DNA of 64,000 nucleotides from an uncultured Chloroflexia bacterium. GTDB lineage: Bacteria > Chloroflexota > Limnocylindria > Limnocylindrales > CSP1-4. The stretch lies in assembly GCA_963828165.1 (NCBI GenBank), contig CAWHDR010000001.1, positions 416,001 through 480,000 on the forward strand. The letters are read 5' to 3'. The position numbers were made by a program, and so were the translations under genes. Shown piece after piece: positions 48,391-58,779 of this stretch (position 1 is the stretch's first letter; the number at the start of each line of letters is the position of its first letter). The notes under the pieces were generated by a model, which saw nothing but the letters and a program-made list of their open reading frames with translations, had not been told where the DNA came from and searched no databases.

Positions 48391-49740
48391 GTGACGGACG
48401 AAGGCCCGAAGGTCGCCGGCACGCCACCGCCCTCCCCCGCCGGACCACGGCTGTCCCGGCGTGCGTTCCTGGGCGCGGCGGGCGGCGGCGCGGCGGCCAT
48501 CGGGCTCGCGGGCGTCGGTGGCTTCGCCCTCGCTGGCGGCATCGCCGAGCCGCGGCCTTCGGCGTCACGAACGTACGCCTTCCATGGTCCGCATCAGGCC
48601 GGCATCGTCACCCCGGCGCAGGACCGCATGTACACGGCGGCGTTCGACCTGACGACCACATCGCGCGACGAGCTTCTCGCGATGCTCCGTCGCTGGACGA
48701 TCATGTCGGCTCGCCTGACGCGCGGCCTCCCGGCCGGGCCGACCGGCGCGACATCCGGGCCGTACGACGCGCCGCCCGAGGACACCGGCGAGGCGATGGA
48801 CCTGCCGGCGGCGGGGCTGACGATCACCCTCGGCTTCGGCCGGTCGCTGTTCGTCGGAATGCCAGACGAACCGGCCGACCGGTTCGGCCTTGCGGATCGT
48901 CTCCCGGCCGCGCTCATCGCGCTCCCGCATTTCCCCCGCGACGACATCGATCCCACGCGTTCGGACGGAGACATCGTCGTCCAGGCCTGTGCGGACGACC
49001 CCCAGGTCGCGATCCACGCCATCCGGAACCTGACCCGCTCGGCGTTCGGCACGGCGCGCGTCCGCTGGTTGCAGCTCGGGTTCGGTCGGACGTCATCGAC
49101 CTCCCAGGCGCAGCTGACACCGCGGAATCTCTTCGGCTTCAAGGATGGGACCGCGAGCATCATGGCCGAGGAGACGGTCGCGCTCGACCGGCACGTGTGG
49201 GTGCAGCCAGCCGACGATGCGGGCGCCCCCTGGATGGCTGGTGGCACGTACATGGTCGCCCGACGCATCCGGATGATCGTGGAGACCTGGGATCGCTCGT
49301 CGTTGCGCGAGCAGGAGGGCATCATCGGCCGCACCAAGGCCGAAGGGGCTCCGTTGTCCGGTGGCGTTGAGGCCACGACTCCCGACTTCAGCGCCCCTGG
49401 GCGTGCGGGCGAGCCGCTGATCGCTGAGACCGCGCATGTCCGCCTCGCGCATCCGACTTCGAACGGCGGCGTGCGCCTGCTCCGCCGTGGCTATACGTTC
49501 ACCGACGGGGACGATGGGTTGGGTCGCCTCGATGCCGGGCTGTTCTTCGTGGCATTCGTGCGCGACGCGCGTACGCAGTTCGTACCGATGCAGACGGCCC
49601 TCGCCCGGTCGGACAGCCTCAGCGAGTACCTCGTCCATCGGGGCTCCGGCCTGTATGCCGTTCCGCCCGGCGTGCCCTCCATCGGCGCCGATGGCAGCCT
49701 GGTCGACGACGCCATCATCGGAGCCGGCCTCTTCGCATAG
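48391..49740 (+). CDS. efeB: Tat-exported Dyp-type peroxidase EfeB
   Basis: SRRAFL Tat motif, HQAGI, GFKDGT, HVRLA, LRRGY. Confidence 0.93.
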   Translation: MTDEGPKVAGTPPPSPAGPRLSRRAFLGAAGGGAAAIGLAGVGGFALAGGIAEPRPSASRTYAFHGPHQAGIVTPAQDRMYTAAFDLTTTSRDELLAMLRRWTIMSARLTRGLPAGPTGATSGPYDAPPEDTGEAMDLPAAGLTITLGFGRSLFVGMPDEPADRFGLADRLPAALIALPHFPRDDIDPTRSDGDIVVQACADDPQVAIHAIRNLTRSAFGTARVRWLQLGFGRTSSTSQAQLTPRNLFGFKDGTASIMAEETVALDRHVWVQPADDAGAPWMAGGTYMVARRIRMIVETWDRSSLREQEGIIGRTKAEGAPLSGGVEATTPDFSAPGRAGEPLIAETAHVRLAHPTSNGGVRLLRRGYTFTDGDDGLGRLDAGLFFVAFVRDARTQFVPMQTALARSDSLSEYLVHRGSGLYAVPPGVPSIGADGSLVDDAIIGAGLFA

Positions 49741-49757
49741 GCGGCAGACGCGATCCG

Positions 49758-50411
49758 TCAGCCCGAGTTGCCCGTCCCGAACTGCCGATCACCGGCGTCA
49801 CCGAGCCCGGGCATGATGTAGCCCTTCTCGTTGAGTCCGCGATCGAGCGCCGCGCAGTGGATCTCGACATCCGGGTGCGCGGCCTGGACCGCGGCGACAC
49901 CTTCCGGCGCGGCGATCAGGTTGATGAGCTTGATGCGGACCGGCTGCACGGCGCCCCAGCGCTTGAGCACGTCGATCGCGGCCGTCGCCGAGCCGCCGGT
50001 CGCGAGCATCGGGTCGAGGATGAGGCACAGGTCCACCGACGCCGAGTCGGGCAGCTTGTTGTAGTACTCGACCGGACGGAGCGTGCGTTCGTCGCGGAAC
50101 AGGCCGAGATGCCAGACCTGGGCCGTGGGCATGAGCTCGAGCATCGCGTCGACCATGCCGAGGCCCGCGCGAAGGATCGGGATCAGCCCGATGCGCTCGC
50201 CGAGCTCGCTGGCTTCCATCTCCTCCATCGGGGTCCGGATCTGGAGCGGACGCGTCTTGGCGTCCTTGAGGGCCTCGTAGCCGAGCAGCCAGCTGAGCTC
50301 GCGGACGACCTCGCGGAACTTCTTTGGCTCCGTGTCCTCGTCGCGCAACACCGCGAGCTTGTGGAGGACGGCCGGGTGCTGCGAGACGTGCAGGGTGGTC
50401 GGATCGGTCAC
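49758..50411 (-). CDS. upp: Uracil phosphoribosyltransferase
   Basis: [30 protein letters not shown]. Confidence 0.97.
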   Translation of the reverse strand: MTDPTTLHVSQHPAVLHKLAVLRDEDTEPKKFREVVRELSWLLGYEALKDAKTRPLQIRTPMEEMEASELGERIGLIPILRAGLGMVDAMLELMPTAQVWHLGLFRDERTLRPVEYYNKLPDSASVDLCLILDPMLATGGSATAAIDVLKRWGAVQPVRIKLINLIAAPEGVAAVQAAHPDVEIHCAALDRGLNEKGYIMPGLGDAGDRQFGTGNSG

Positions 50412-50439
50412 CCGGGCATCGTAGCGCGACGATGCTGGG

Positions 50440-51609
50440 TCAGGCGCCGCCAGGCGTCACGTCGACCGTGCCTTTCACGAATGACTCGCCTGTCGTGTCG
50501 ACACCAGCAAGGTCTTCGAGCGCAGCTTCGGCGAGGTCGGTGCGGTAGGCCCCGGCCGGCGGAGCCGCAGCGATGATGCCGGCCGCCGTCGCCACGTCGA
50601 CGGTGTGCTGCCACTGCGCCGGATCCATCACCCCGATCCCGTCGGGAGACGGCCAGATCAAGGGATGTACCTCGTTCAGCATCCACGCCTGGTGACCCGC
50701 CCCGAGGGTAGCGCCGGCATCGATCGTGTATTGGACGCAGTCGCCCGGGTTGTCGCGGCAATAGATCCAGCCTTCGAACGACGCCTTCAGGAAGCGCGTC
50801 GCGACATCCTCGTTGCCGGGTCGGGCCAGCCAGTCGGCACGCGCGTACAACGCGTCCTGGAGCATGGCCGAGCCTTCATCGTTCCAGTTGATCACGTTCA
50901 CGTCGGTGGGCTGGTACAGCTCGCCGGTCTCCGGGTTCGTCGCCTCGAGTAGCTGGGCGTACTCGTTGTAGATCATGGCCTCGGCAACGTCGACCTGGCG
51001 CGACAGGAGGAGCGCCATGTCGAAGTCCTGGATGACTTTCGTGTAGTCGGTGTCCTGGACGAGGCCGGCCGCCGCAGCCGCCCCGGCGGTCACCTCGAAC
51101 TCGTTGCCGAAGTCCCAGACGCCCACCTTCTTGCCCTTGAAGTCGGCCGGCGTCGTGATCTTCGAATCCTTCCACGACACCGACAACGTGCCGGAGCGCT
51201 GGAAGATCTGCGCGATGTTGACGAGTTGCGAGCCCGCCTCGCGGGCCTGCAGGACCTTGGGCTGCCAGGCGACCGTGAATTCGGGTCCATCAGCCGCCGA
51301 GCCGATCGTCTGCGGGGCTCGCGCACCGCCACCGGGAAACCACTGCACATCGAGGTTACCGGCGGCGTAGTAGCCCTGCTCGATCGCAGCGAAGTAGCCC
51401 GCGAATTGCGCCTGCGGATACCACTGCAGCTGGAGTCCCACAGGAGTCAGGCCGGGGGCATCGCTCGAAGCCTCTGCGCTTCCCTGGGGAGCGTCACTCG
51501 GCTGGACTGAGGGCGGGACGGATGGCGTCGCGACCACTTCCGGCTCCCCGCCGGAACACGCCGCGACGAGAACGGCGACGCCCGTGATCAGGGCGACGAG
51601 GTTCCGCAC
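50440..51609 (-). CDS. ABC substrate-binding lipoprotein (NMT1/THI5 family), copy 2
   Basis: Lipobox VAAC; [14 protein letters not shown]; AMIYNEYAQ. Confidence 0.9.
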   Translation of the reverse strand: MRNLVALITGVAVLVAACSGGEPEVVATPSVPPSVQPSDAPQGSAEASSDAPGLTPVGLQLQWYPQAQFAGYFAAIEQGYYAAGNLDVQWFPGGGARAPQTIGSAADGPEFTVAWQPKVLQAREAGSQLVNIAQIFQRSGTLSVSWKDSKITTPADFKGKKVGVWDFGNEFEVTAGAAAAAGLVQDTDYTKVIQDFDMALLLSRQVDVAEAMIYNEYAQLLEATNPETGELYQPTDVNVINWNDEGSAMLQDALYARADWLARPGNEDVATRFLKASFEGWIYCRDNPGDCVQYTIDAGATLGAGHQAWMLNEVHPLIWPSPDGIGVMDPAQWQHTVDVATAAGIIAAAPPAGAYRTDLAEAALEDLAGVDTTGESFVKGTVDVTPGGA

Positions 51610-51698
51610 CGGGCGGATGCCGCCTCGAGCGGGCAAGCGTGGAGGCCGGCCGCGGGGCTGCGGCCGGCCTCCGGTTTGCGCGCGGATGGAGGACAGTC

Positions 51699-52799
51699 CT
51701 ACTGCCCGCCCTCGGTGAGGGTGACGGTGGCTTTCTGGAAGGAGGTGCCCTTCGTGTCGGCATCGCCGAGCGCCGCGAGCGCCTTCTCGGCGAGGTCGTT
51801 GCGCCACGGCGTACCAACGACCGGCTTTGTCAGGATCTTGCCGTCGAGCGCCACCTGGACCGTCCGGTCGAACGCGGCCGCATCGGTGATCCCGATGCCG
51901 TTGGGCGCTGGCCAGATGATCCCATTGACCTCGTTGAGCTGCCAGGTCTGGTGACCCTTGGGCAGCGCGGCATCGGACTTGAGGACGATGTCGACGCACT
52001 CCGCGGCGTTGTCACGGCAGAAGATCCAGCCGCGGAACGACGCCTTGAGGAATTTCACCGCGACGTCCTCGTTGCCGGGCTTGGCCAGCCATGCCTCGGA
52101 CGCGAAGATCGCGTCCTGGAGCATCGAGGTCCCGTATTCCTCCCACGAGATGACGTTGAGATCCTCGGCCTTGTAGAGCTCGCCCGTGGCGGGGTTCTTC
52201 TTCTCGAGGACCTGCGCGTACTCGTTGTAGATCATCGCCTGCGCCGCGTCGATCTCGCCAGCCACGAAGGCCTCCATATCGAACTGCTGGGCGGTGACCT
52301 GGACATCATCGGGATTGTCCGGATCGAGTCCGGCCTTGCGCAGGCCGGCGTACAGCTCCGCTTCGTTGCCGAAGCCCCACGCGCCGACCTTCTTGCCCTT
52401 CAGGTCCTCGGGCTTCGTGATGTTCTTGTCCTTGAACGAGACCTGCAGGGTCGGCGAGCGCTGGAACACCTGGGCGATGACGACGCCGTCGGCGCCGGAC
52501 TCGCGCGGGGCGAGCATGCGCGGGACCCAGCTGATGCCGAACTCCGCCTGGCCGCCGGCCACGACCGTCGCAGGGACGATCTCGACGGCACCCGGGATGA
52601 TCGTGACGTCGAAGCCCTCTTCCCGGTAGTAGCCCTTGTCGAGCGCCGCAAAGTAGCCAGCGAACTGCGCCTGCGGGAACCACTGGAGCTGGAGCCGGAT
52701 GGGCGTCAGCGCGACGGATGCGCCGGGAGCGGCCGAGCAGGCCGCTGCGAGCGCCATCACCGCGACCACGAGCAACGCGACGGTACGTCGAGTTCGCAT
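51699..52799 (-). CDS. ABC substrate-binding lipoprotein (NMT1/THI5 family), copy 1
   Basis: Lipobox AAAC; [14 protein letters not shown]; AMIYNEYAQ. Confidence 0.9.
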   Translation of the reverse strand: MRTRRTVALLVVAVMALAAACSAAPGASVALTPIRLQLQWFPQAQFAGYFAALDKGYYREEGFDVTIIPGAVEIVPATVVAGGQAEFGISWVPRMLAPRESGADGVVIAQVFQRSPTLQVSFKDKNITKPEDLKGKKVGAWGFGNEAELYAGLRKAGLDPDNPDDVQVTAQQFDMEAFVAGEIDAAQAMIYNEYAQVLEKKNPATGELYKAEDLNVISWEEYGTSMLQDAIFASEAWLAKPGNEDVAVKFLKASFRGWIFCRDNAAECVDIVLKSDAALPKGHQTWQLNEVNGIIWPAPNGIGITDAAAFDRTVQVALDGKILTKPVVGTPWRNDLAEKALAALGDADTKGTSFQKATVTLTEGGQ

Positions 52800-52899
52800 C
52801 TGGATACCTCTCATTCGTCGGACCGCGGCGGGGAGCCGGTCCGCCTCCTCCGGTTGCAGTCTAGCGAACGACGGCCAGCCCATGACGTGCGCTCGACGG

Positions 52900-53727
52900 T
52901 CAGCTCCAGGCAGCTCGCCGGTCATGCCACGGCATGACGATCCGCTCGGCCACGACGACCACGAGGTACAGCCCGATGCCGATCGCGCACGCGAACACGA
53001 TCGCGGCCCAGGACCGCTCGAAATTGAGGAACGCGGAGTACGTGGCGATGTACTGGCCCAGGCTCGCCCGTGGCGCCGCGAAGTACTCCCCGACCACCGC
53101 GCCGATCGTGGCCAATGTGACGGCCAGGCGTAGCGCGGTGAAGATGTAGGGCAACGCGTTGGGGACACGCAGCTTGCGGAAGACGCCCGCCTCGGTCGTT
53201 GCATACGAACGCAGCAGCTCCAGCGAACGGGGATCCACCGTCGTGAGGCCGCGGACGGTGTTGATCATCACCGGGAAGAAGCACAGGGCCGCGGCGACCA
53301 TCGCCTTCGAAAGCTGCTGGTCGAGCCCGAACCAGTTATTGAACAGCGGCGCGAACGCCAGGATCGGGACCGAGCTCGCCGCGACCGCGAACGGCATCAG
53401 CGAGTCTTGCATCGACCGGTAGCGCGCGGTGATCACGCCGACGAGGATGCCGGCTCCGGCGCCGATGAAGAGGCCGGCGACGATCTCGACGGCCGTGTAG
53501 CGCGCTGCCGCCAGAAGCTCCGGCAGGTACGTCTGCCACGCCACCGCGATCGCGATCGGACTCGGCAGGATGAACTGCTTGATGCCGAAGGCCCGGACCA
53601 GGACCTCCCACGCGACAAGACCGCCGATCAGCAGGAGGACCGGCGGCGCCCAGTCGCGGGCCCGGTCGCCGATCCGTTGGCCCCGGGTGCGCGTGACGCC
53701 GTCCGGGATGCCAGTCGCGGCACTCAA
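52900..53727 (-). CDS. ABC permease (SsuC/TauC-like)
   Basis: FFPVMINTVRGL, KLRVPNALPYIF, GAVVGEY. Confidence 0.9.
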   Translation of the reverse strand: MSAATGIPDGVTRTRGQRIGDRARDWAPPVLLLIGGLVAWEVLVRAFGIKQFILPSPIAIAVAWQTYLPELLAAARYTAVEIVAGLFIGAGAGILVGVITARYRSMQDSLMPFAVAASSVPILAFAPLFNNWFGLDQQLSKAMVAAALCFFPVMINTVRGLTTVDPRSLELLRSYATTEAGVFRKLRVPNALPYIFTALRLAVTLATIGAVVGEYFAAPRASLGQYIATYSAFLNFERSWAAIVFACAIGIGLYLVVVVAERIVMPWHDRRAAWS

Positions 53728-54617
53728 CCGGACAACCCCTCGGCCGCAACGCGTCGGGCCGCGGCGTCCGGGCCCTCCCCGTCTGTCTCCGTCGCGGCGC
53801 CATCTCGACGCTCGTCGCCACGAAGCGCTTCGCGGACCTCGGTCACGAGGCGGAAATAGGCGTCCATCTCGCGCGTGTCCACGGTCCGCTCGCGCGGCAG
53901 GTCGATATCGATGACCGCGCTGATCCGTCCCGGCCGCGGTGACATCACGACGACTTTGGTCGAGAGGAACACGGCCTCGGCAATGGAGTGCGTCACGAAC
54001 ATGACGGTCGTGTTGGTGCCCTCCCAGATCTTGAGGAGCTCGAGGTTCATCCGTTCACGCGTCATCTCGTCCAGGGCGCCGAACGGCTCGTCCATCAGCA
54101 GGATCGCCGGGTCGACGGCGAGCGCACGAGCGATGGCGACCCGTTGCTGCATGCCACCCGACAGTTGCCACGGGTAATGGCCGGCAAAGTCGGTCAGCTC
54201 GACCAGTCGCAGGTTGTCCTCGGCCCGCCGGGTCCGTTCCGCCTTGGGCGTCCCGTTGATCTCCAGGGGCAGCTCGACGTTGGCCTGGACCGTCCGCCAA
54301 TCGAACAGGACGGGTGCCTGGAAGACCATGCCGTAGTCGCGATCCAGACGAGCCTGCGGGGCCGCCTTTCCGTTGACGGTCACCGTCCCGGACGTCGGCG
54401 AGGTGAGATCGCCGACGATCCGCAGCAGGGTGGACTTGCCGCAGCCGGACGGGCCGATCAGCGAGACGAATTCGCCGGCCGTGACCGAGAGGTCGATGTC
54501 GATCAGCGCCTCGACCCGTCCGGCGCCCTGGCCCCGGGCATCGAAGACCTTGGAGACGCCCGAGATCTCGACGACCTTGCGCCCGCCGTCGGCGGCCCGA
54601 CCCGGATCCGTCGTCAC
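53724..54617 (-). CDS. ABC ATPase (SsuB/TauB-like)
   Basis: [26 protein letters not shown]. Confidence 0.93.
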   Translation of the reverse strand: MTTDPGRAADGGRKVVEISGVSKVFDARGQGAGRVEALIDIDLSVTAGEFVSLIGPSGCGKSTLLRIVGDLTSPTSGTVTVNGKAAPQARLDRDYGMVFQAPVLFDWRTVQANVELPLEINGTPKAERTRRAEDNLRLVELTDFAGHYPWQLSGGMQQRVAIARALAVDPAILLMDEPFGALDEMTRERMNLELLKIWEGTNTTVMFVTHSIAEAVFLSTKVVVMSPRPGRISAVIDIDLPRERTVDTREMDAYFRLVTEVREALRGDERRDGAATETDGEGPDAAARRVAAEGLSG

Positions 54618-55540
54618 GCGGCCGCCCCATCCGGACGTCGCTCGTGGCGAAGGACGAACCCTTCGACGACCGCGACCAGCAGGTAGACCCCGATCCCGAG
54701 GAGCGACGAGATCACGATCGTGGCCCACAGGTATTCCGCGTTCAACGAGTAGTACTGCATGCCCGTGATGATCTGGCGCGCCAGGCCGTCCTGGATGAGC
54801 GAGGGCAGCTCCCCGACGATGGCGCCGACGACCGCGGCCGGGCCTGCGATGCGGAAACCCGTGAACAGGTATGGACGAGCGGCCGGGAGGCGCAGCTTGC
54901 GCAGGATGGCGCCCCGCGACGCGGCGTACGAGCGCATGAGCTCGAGGGCGCGCGGGTCGTAGGCTCGCAGGCCACGCAACGCCGCGATCGTCACCGGGAA
55001 GAACGTCAGGTACGTGGACACGATCGCGACCCCGAACCAGTCGGCCTTGAGCCCGATCACGATGAGCGGGGCGATGGCGATGATCGGGATGGTCTGGCTC
55101 GCGACGATGAGCGGCACCAGCGCGCGTTCGAGGATCCGGACGTGGATGAGGACGATGGCGAGCCCCAGTCCGAAGGCCGACCCGAGCGCGAACCCGATCG
55201 CCGCATTCCGCAGCGTGAACAGCGCCGCACCGAAGAGCCGTTCGAAGGTCGTGGCGCCGGCCGCGTCGGGCGAGAAGAATTCCATCGCGATGTCCCAGGT
55301 GTGCGGCAGCTTGGAGTCGGTCGCGAAGCCCAGGGTCAGCGGCGGGTGGTAGTCGAGTGGGATCCCGGTCCACAGGAACGAGTCATATCGCCACGGGTCG
55401 CCCCCGATGAATTTCGCCACCTCCCAGGCGATCAGGAGGAGGACGAAGACCGTGAGGAAGCCGAGCAGCGGCCGGAAACGTCGGCGGGTAGGCAGGGAGA
55501 TGGGCCGCGCAACCTCGAGGATCGGCGACGTGACCGCCAT
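54614..55540 (-). CDS. ABC permease (SsuC/TauC-like)
   Basis: SQTIPIIAIAP, KLRLP, GAIVGE. Confidence 0.9.
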   Translation of the reverse strand: MAVTSPILEVARPISLPTRRRFRPLLGFLTVFVLLLIAWEVAKFIGGDPWRYDSFLWTGIPLDYHPPLTLGFATDSKLPHTWDIAMEFFSPDAAGATTFERLFGAALFTLRNAAIGFALGSAFGLGLAIVLIHVRILERALVPLIVASQTIPIIAIAPLIVIGLKADWFGVAIVSTYLTFFPVTIAALRGLRAYDPRALELMRSYAASRGAILRKLRLPAARPYLFTGFRIAGPAAVVGAIVGELPSLIQDGLARQIITGMQYYSLNAEYLWATIVISSLLGIGVYLLVAVVEGFVLRHERRPDGAAA

Positions 55541-55576
55541 CAGGACGAGCGCGGCCGGGCGGTGGCCAGCACGAGC

Positions 55577-56914
55577 CTAGTCCGTGACCGCGGCGTCGGC
55601 GATGTCGAGTGCAGCGTCGATGATCTCGAAGCCAGCGGCGAGCTCGTCCTCGTTGATGCACAGCGGCGGGTTCGTATGGATCGAGTTGTTGGCCAGCATC
55701 GTGTACAGCCCGTGGTCGCGGAAGTACTTGCCGATCGCCTTCATCTCGTCGGACGTGCCGTTGAACGCCGTCAGTGGCGTCCACGGGTCGCGCGTCCGGA
55801 CGAGGTCCAGGATGCCGAACAACCCGAGGCTCCGGTGTGCCCCCACCGACGGGTGCTTCGCAGCCAGGCGCTCGTGGTGCTCCCGCATCCGCGCCCCGAG
55901 CCGCGCCGCGTTGTCGAGGAGCCCGTCCTCCTCGTACACGCGGATCGTGGCGAGCGCCGCGGCCAGCGAGACCGGGTGCGACGAGTAGGTCAGCCCGCCG
56001 TAGAACATCTTCTGATCGAAGTACTCGGCGACGTGCTGGCGCATCGCGACGCCGCCGAGCGGCAGATACGACGACGTGAGGCCCTTGGCCATCGTCATCA
56101 GGTCCGGGACGACGTCCCAGTGGTCCACCGCGAACCAGCGGCCGGTGCGCCCGAAGCCCGCCATCACCTCGTCGCAGACCATCAGGATGTCGTTGCGGTC
56201 GCAGATCTCGCGCACGCCCCGGAGGTAGCCGTCGGGCGGGATGAGGATGCCGTTCGTCCCCACGATCGTCTCGAGGAAGACCGCCGCGATCGTGTGGGCT
56301 CCCTCGTAGCGGATGACGTCTTCCAGGCCCTGGAGCGACTCCGCCACGGGACGGGGTTCTGCCTCTCCCCAGCGATGGGTGTCCGGGTAGCGCACGATGC
56401 CGACCAGCCCTGGCTCGTTGGCGAGGCGACGCGGGTCGCCACTCAGGGTCATCGCGCCCATCGTGGCGCCGTGGTACGAGCGGTAGCGGGCGAGCAGCTT
56501 GTGCCGGCCCGTGTAGTGCCGCGCGAGCTTGATCGCGTTCTCGATCGCTTCGGCGCCGCCGAGCGTGAAGAAGACCTTGTCGATGTCGCCTGGCAGGATC
56601 TCAGCGAGCTTCGCGCCGAGGCGCGCCCGGATCTCGGTCGCGAACGCTGGCTGGACGTACTGCAGCTTCGTGGCCTGCTCGGTGATGGCATCGATCACCC
56701 GCCGGTCGCCGTGGCCGATGTTCACGGACATCAGCTGGCTGTTGAAGTCGAGGATCTTCCGGCCTTCGGGGGTGTACAGCCACACGCCCTCGGCGCGATC
56801 GATGGCGATGGGGTCGATGGCGCCCTGCACCGACCACGAGAAGAACGTGTGCTCGCGGTTGAGGGCGACGATCTCGTCGGTGGTCAGTGCCTCTTCGGCC
56901 GTACCGATACCCAT
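55577..56914 (-). CDS. Class III PLP aminotransferase (probable beta-alanine transaminase)
   Basis: SYHG, DEVMAGFGRTG, AKGLTS; substrate inferred from context. Confidence 0.88.
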   Translation of the reverse strand: MGIGTAEEALTTDEIVALNREHTFFSWSVQGAIDPIAIDRAEGVWLYTPEGRKILDFNSQLMSVNIGHGDRRVIDAITEQATKLQYVQPAFATEIRARLGAKLAEILPGDIDKVFFTLGGAEAIENAIKLARHYTGRHKLLARYRSYHGATMGAMTLSGDPRRLANEPGLVGIVRYPDTHRWGEAEPRPVAESLQGLEDVIRYEGAHTIAAVFLETIVGTNGILIPPDGYLRGVREICDRNDILMVCDEVMAGFGRTGRWFAVDHWDVVPDLMTMAKGLTSSYLPLGGVAMRQHVAEYFDQKMFYGGLTYSSHPVSLAAALATIRVYEEDGLLDNAARLGARMREHHERLAAKHPSVGAHRSLGLFGILDLVRTRDPWTPLTAFNGTSDEMKAIGKYFRDHGLYTMLANNSIHTNPPLCINEDELAAGFEIIDAALDIADAAVTD

Positions 56915-57103
56915 GCGACCTCCTCCTCGCGCGACGCCCCACCCGTCGAACCCTTTGCTCGCGCGACACGCCGTCCGAACGCTGGCGCCGATTACAGCAC
57001 ATCTGACCGCCGAAGCGAGCACGTCGGCCCACGCCGGCCCCATTTGGCCCGGCGCGAGCACGATCAGTCCTGCCGATGCTACCCGGGCCCCCGGTTCGGG
57101 TTG

Positions 57104-58207
57104 TCAGCCGGCAAGGATCCGCTCGCGCAGCCGCTCGATGCTCGCCGTCGCCTCGATCGCCATCGCGTCGCGCACCCGGAGATCGATCGGAACCGGTGGG
57201 CGCGTCACGCGATCCGGAAGGCTCGGGTCGTCGAATGCGCAGACGAGGTCGGGGCGGCCGAGCCGGCGGAGGAGATTCCGGTTCTTGTCGGTCGTGCTCA
57301 TCGACACGGACGGGATCCCATAGCTGACCGCCACGACCGTGCCATGGAACTTGTGGCTGACCAGCATCGTGCACTCGCCGATGGCCCGCGTCAGCACGTC
57401 GAGGTCGTCCGACGCGACCCGCTCGACGTCGGCAAGGCCGAGCTCGTCGAGCGCTCGCTCGTCACGGGCGCGCACGTCCCCCGTCGAGAGCACGATCGTG
57501 CGCAGACGGTAGCCGAGCTCGCGGCCCCGCGCCGCCAGCGCGCGGACCGCCGTGTAGTCGTCACCGCCGTCGCGCCAGCGGACGATGATCCCGAGAACGG
57601 GTGGATCGGTCGGCCGTTCGACGGACGGCAACAACATGGCGAACACGAGGTCCGCCGACGACTCGACCTCGACCCGCGGCCGGAGATGCTCGCGGATCCA
57701 GGTCGCGCTCTCGTCGTCTCGGGCCGTGATCGAGCGGATGTTCCGGTGTCGCAGGAAATCACCCAGCGCCTCGACGACCTTGGGCTTCGCCGGACGCCAG
57801 GTGGGTACCCCGACACCGATCACGTGGACCGGCCGGCGCAGGTAGTCGGTGAGCCAGTAGCGGTCGCTCGGAGCCCACGGGATGACCAGGTCTCCGCCGC
57901 CGATGACGATCGCGTCGTACTCGCGGACGACATCACGGACGGGTCGCTCGAAATACGGCCGGGTCGGCGATTCGAAGACGACCCCGACATCGGCGACGTC
58001 GCCGAGGTGCCGGCGGAAGACGTCCAGGAACAGCTCGTCGCCGTAGTTCCCCGGACCGTAGAACCCGACCAGGCCGACACGCGGTCGCGTCCCCGGCCGC
58101 GCGGGTTGCCGAGCGGGCTCCGGCGGCCAGCCAACGAGCGCGAGGTCGGGCGCGATCCGGTGCGCCGCACGCCCGGCGACGCGGCGGACTCGAGTGGGGA
58201 TGCGCAC
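57104..58207 (-). CDS. Polysaccharide pyruvyl transferase family protein
   Basis: GFYGPGNYGD, IGGGDL, RDDES, FHG. Confidence 0.85.
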   Translation of the reverse strand: MRIPTRVRRVAGRAAHRIAPDLALVGWPPEPARQPARPGTRPRVGLVGFYGPGNYGDELFLDVFRRHLGDVADVGVVFESPTRPYFERPVRDVVREYDAIVIGGGDLVIPWAPSDRYWLTDYLRRPVHVIGVGVPTWRPAKPKVVEALGDFLRHRNIRSITARDDESATWIREHLRPRVEVESSADLVFAMLLPSVERPTDPPVLGIIVRWRDGGDDYTAVRALAARGRELGYRLRTIVLSTGDVRARDERALDELGLADVERVASDDLDVLTRAIGECTMLVSHKFHGTVVAVSYGIPSVSMSTTDKNRNLLRRLGRPDLVCAFDDPSLPDRVTRPPVPIDLRVRDAMAIEATASIERLRERILAG

Positions 58208-58277
58208 CCCGGCATCATGCCAGTTCGGTCCGCGGTGCTACCGTTTTCCGGCACGACGACCGAATCGGGAGGCTTCC

Positions 58278-58685
58278 ATGGACCGCGCCGGCTTCCGCGA
58301 CTGGCTGCAGCGGTACGTCGATGCGTGGCGGCTCAACGATCCCGTCGCGATCGGCGACCTGTTCAGCGCGGATGTCCGCTACGCCTTCGACCCCTTCGGC
58401 GAGGCCGTCGCGGGGCGCTCGGCCGTGGTCGCCTCCTGGTTGGACGACCCGGACGAGCCGGGGTCGTGGCAGGCCGACTACGAGGTTCTCGCGGTCGATG
58501 GCGACGTGTTCGTCGCCCACGGCCGGACCCGATACCTGACGGACGATCGGCGCGAAGTCGACCGGGAGTTCGCGAACGTGTTCGTGTGCCGGTTCGACGC
58601 CGAGGGTCGTTGCCACGAGTTCACCGAGTACTACAACCGGCGCCGCCCCGAGGCGCCCGCCGACGAGCCGCCGTCCGCCGGCTGA
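58278..58685 (+). CDS. SnoaL/NTF2-like protein
   Basis: WLQRYVDAWRLNDP..IGDLF, RFDAEGRCHEFTEYY; paralogue of 39514-39930. Confidence 0.85.
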   Translation: MDRAGFRDWLQRYVDAWRLNDPVAIGDLFSADVRYAFDPFGEAVAGRSAVVASWLDDPDEPGSWQADYEVLAVDGDVFVAHGRTRYLTDDRREVDREFANVFVCRFDAEGRCHEFTEYYNRRRPEAPADEPPSAG

Positions 58686-58779
58686 TACCGCCGTCGGGAT
58701 CGGTTAGCTCGAGCGCCGCTCAGCCGGCACCTCACCGTCGATCTTAGATTTCGAAGCTTTCGGCAGCAACGGCCGGCGG

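Noticed and set aside
54644-58747. 1367-aa plus-strand ORF and other long shadow ORFs (e.g. 26147-28234, 60677-63313, 39987-42092)
   Set aside because: Antisense or off-frame to well-supported genes; stop-codon scarcity is expected at this GC content; no motifs.
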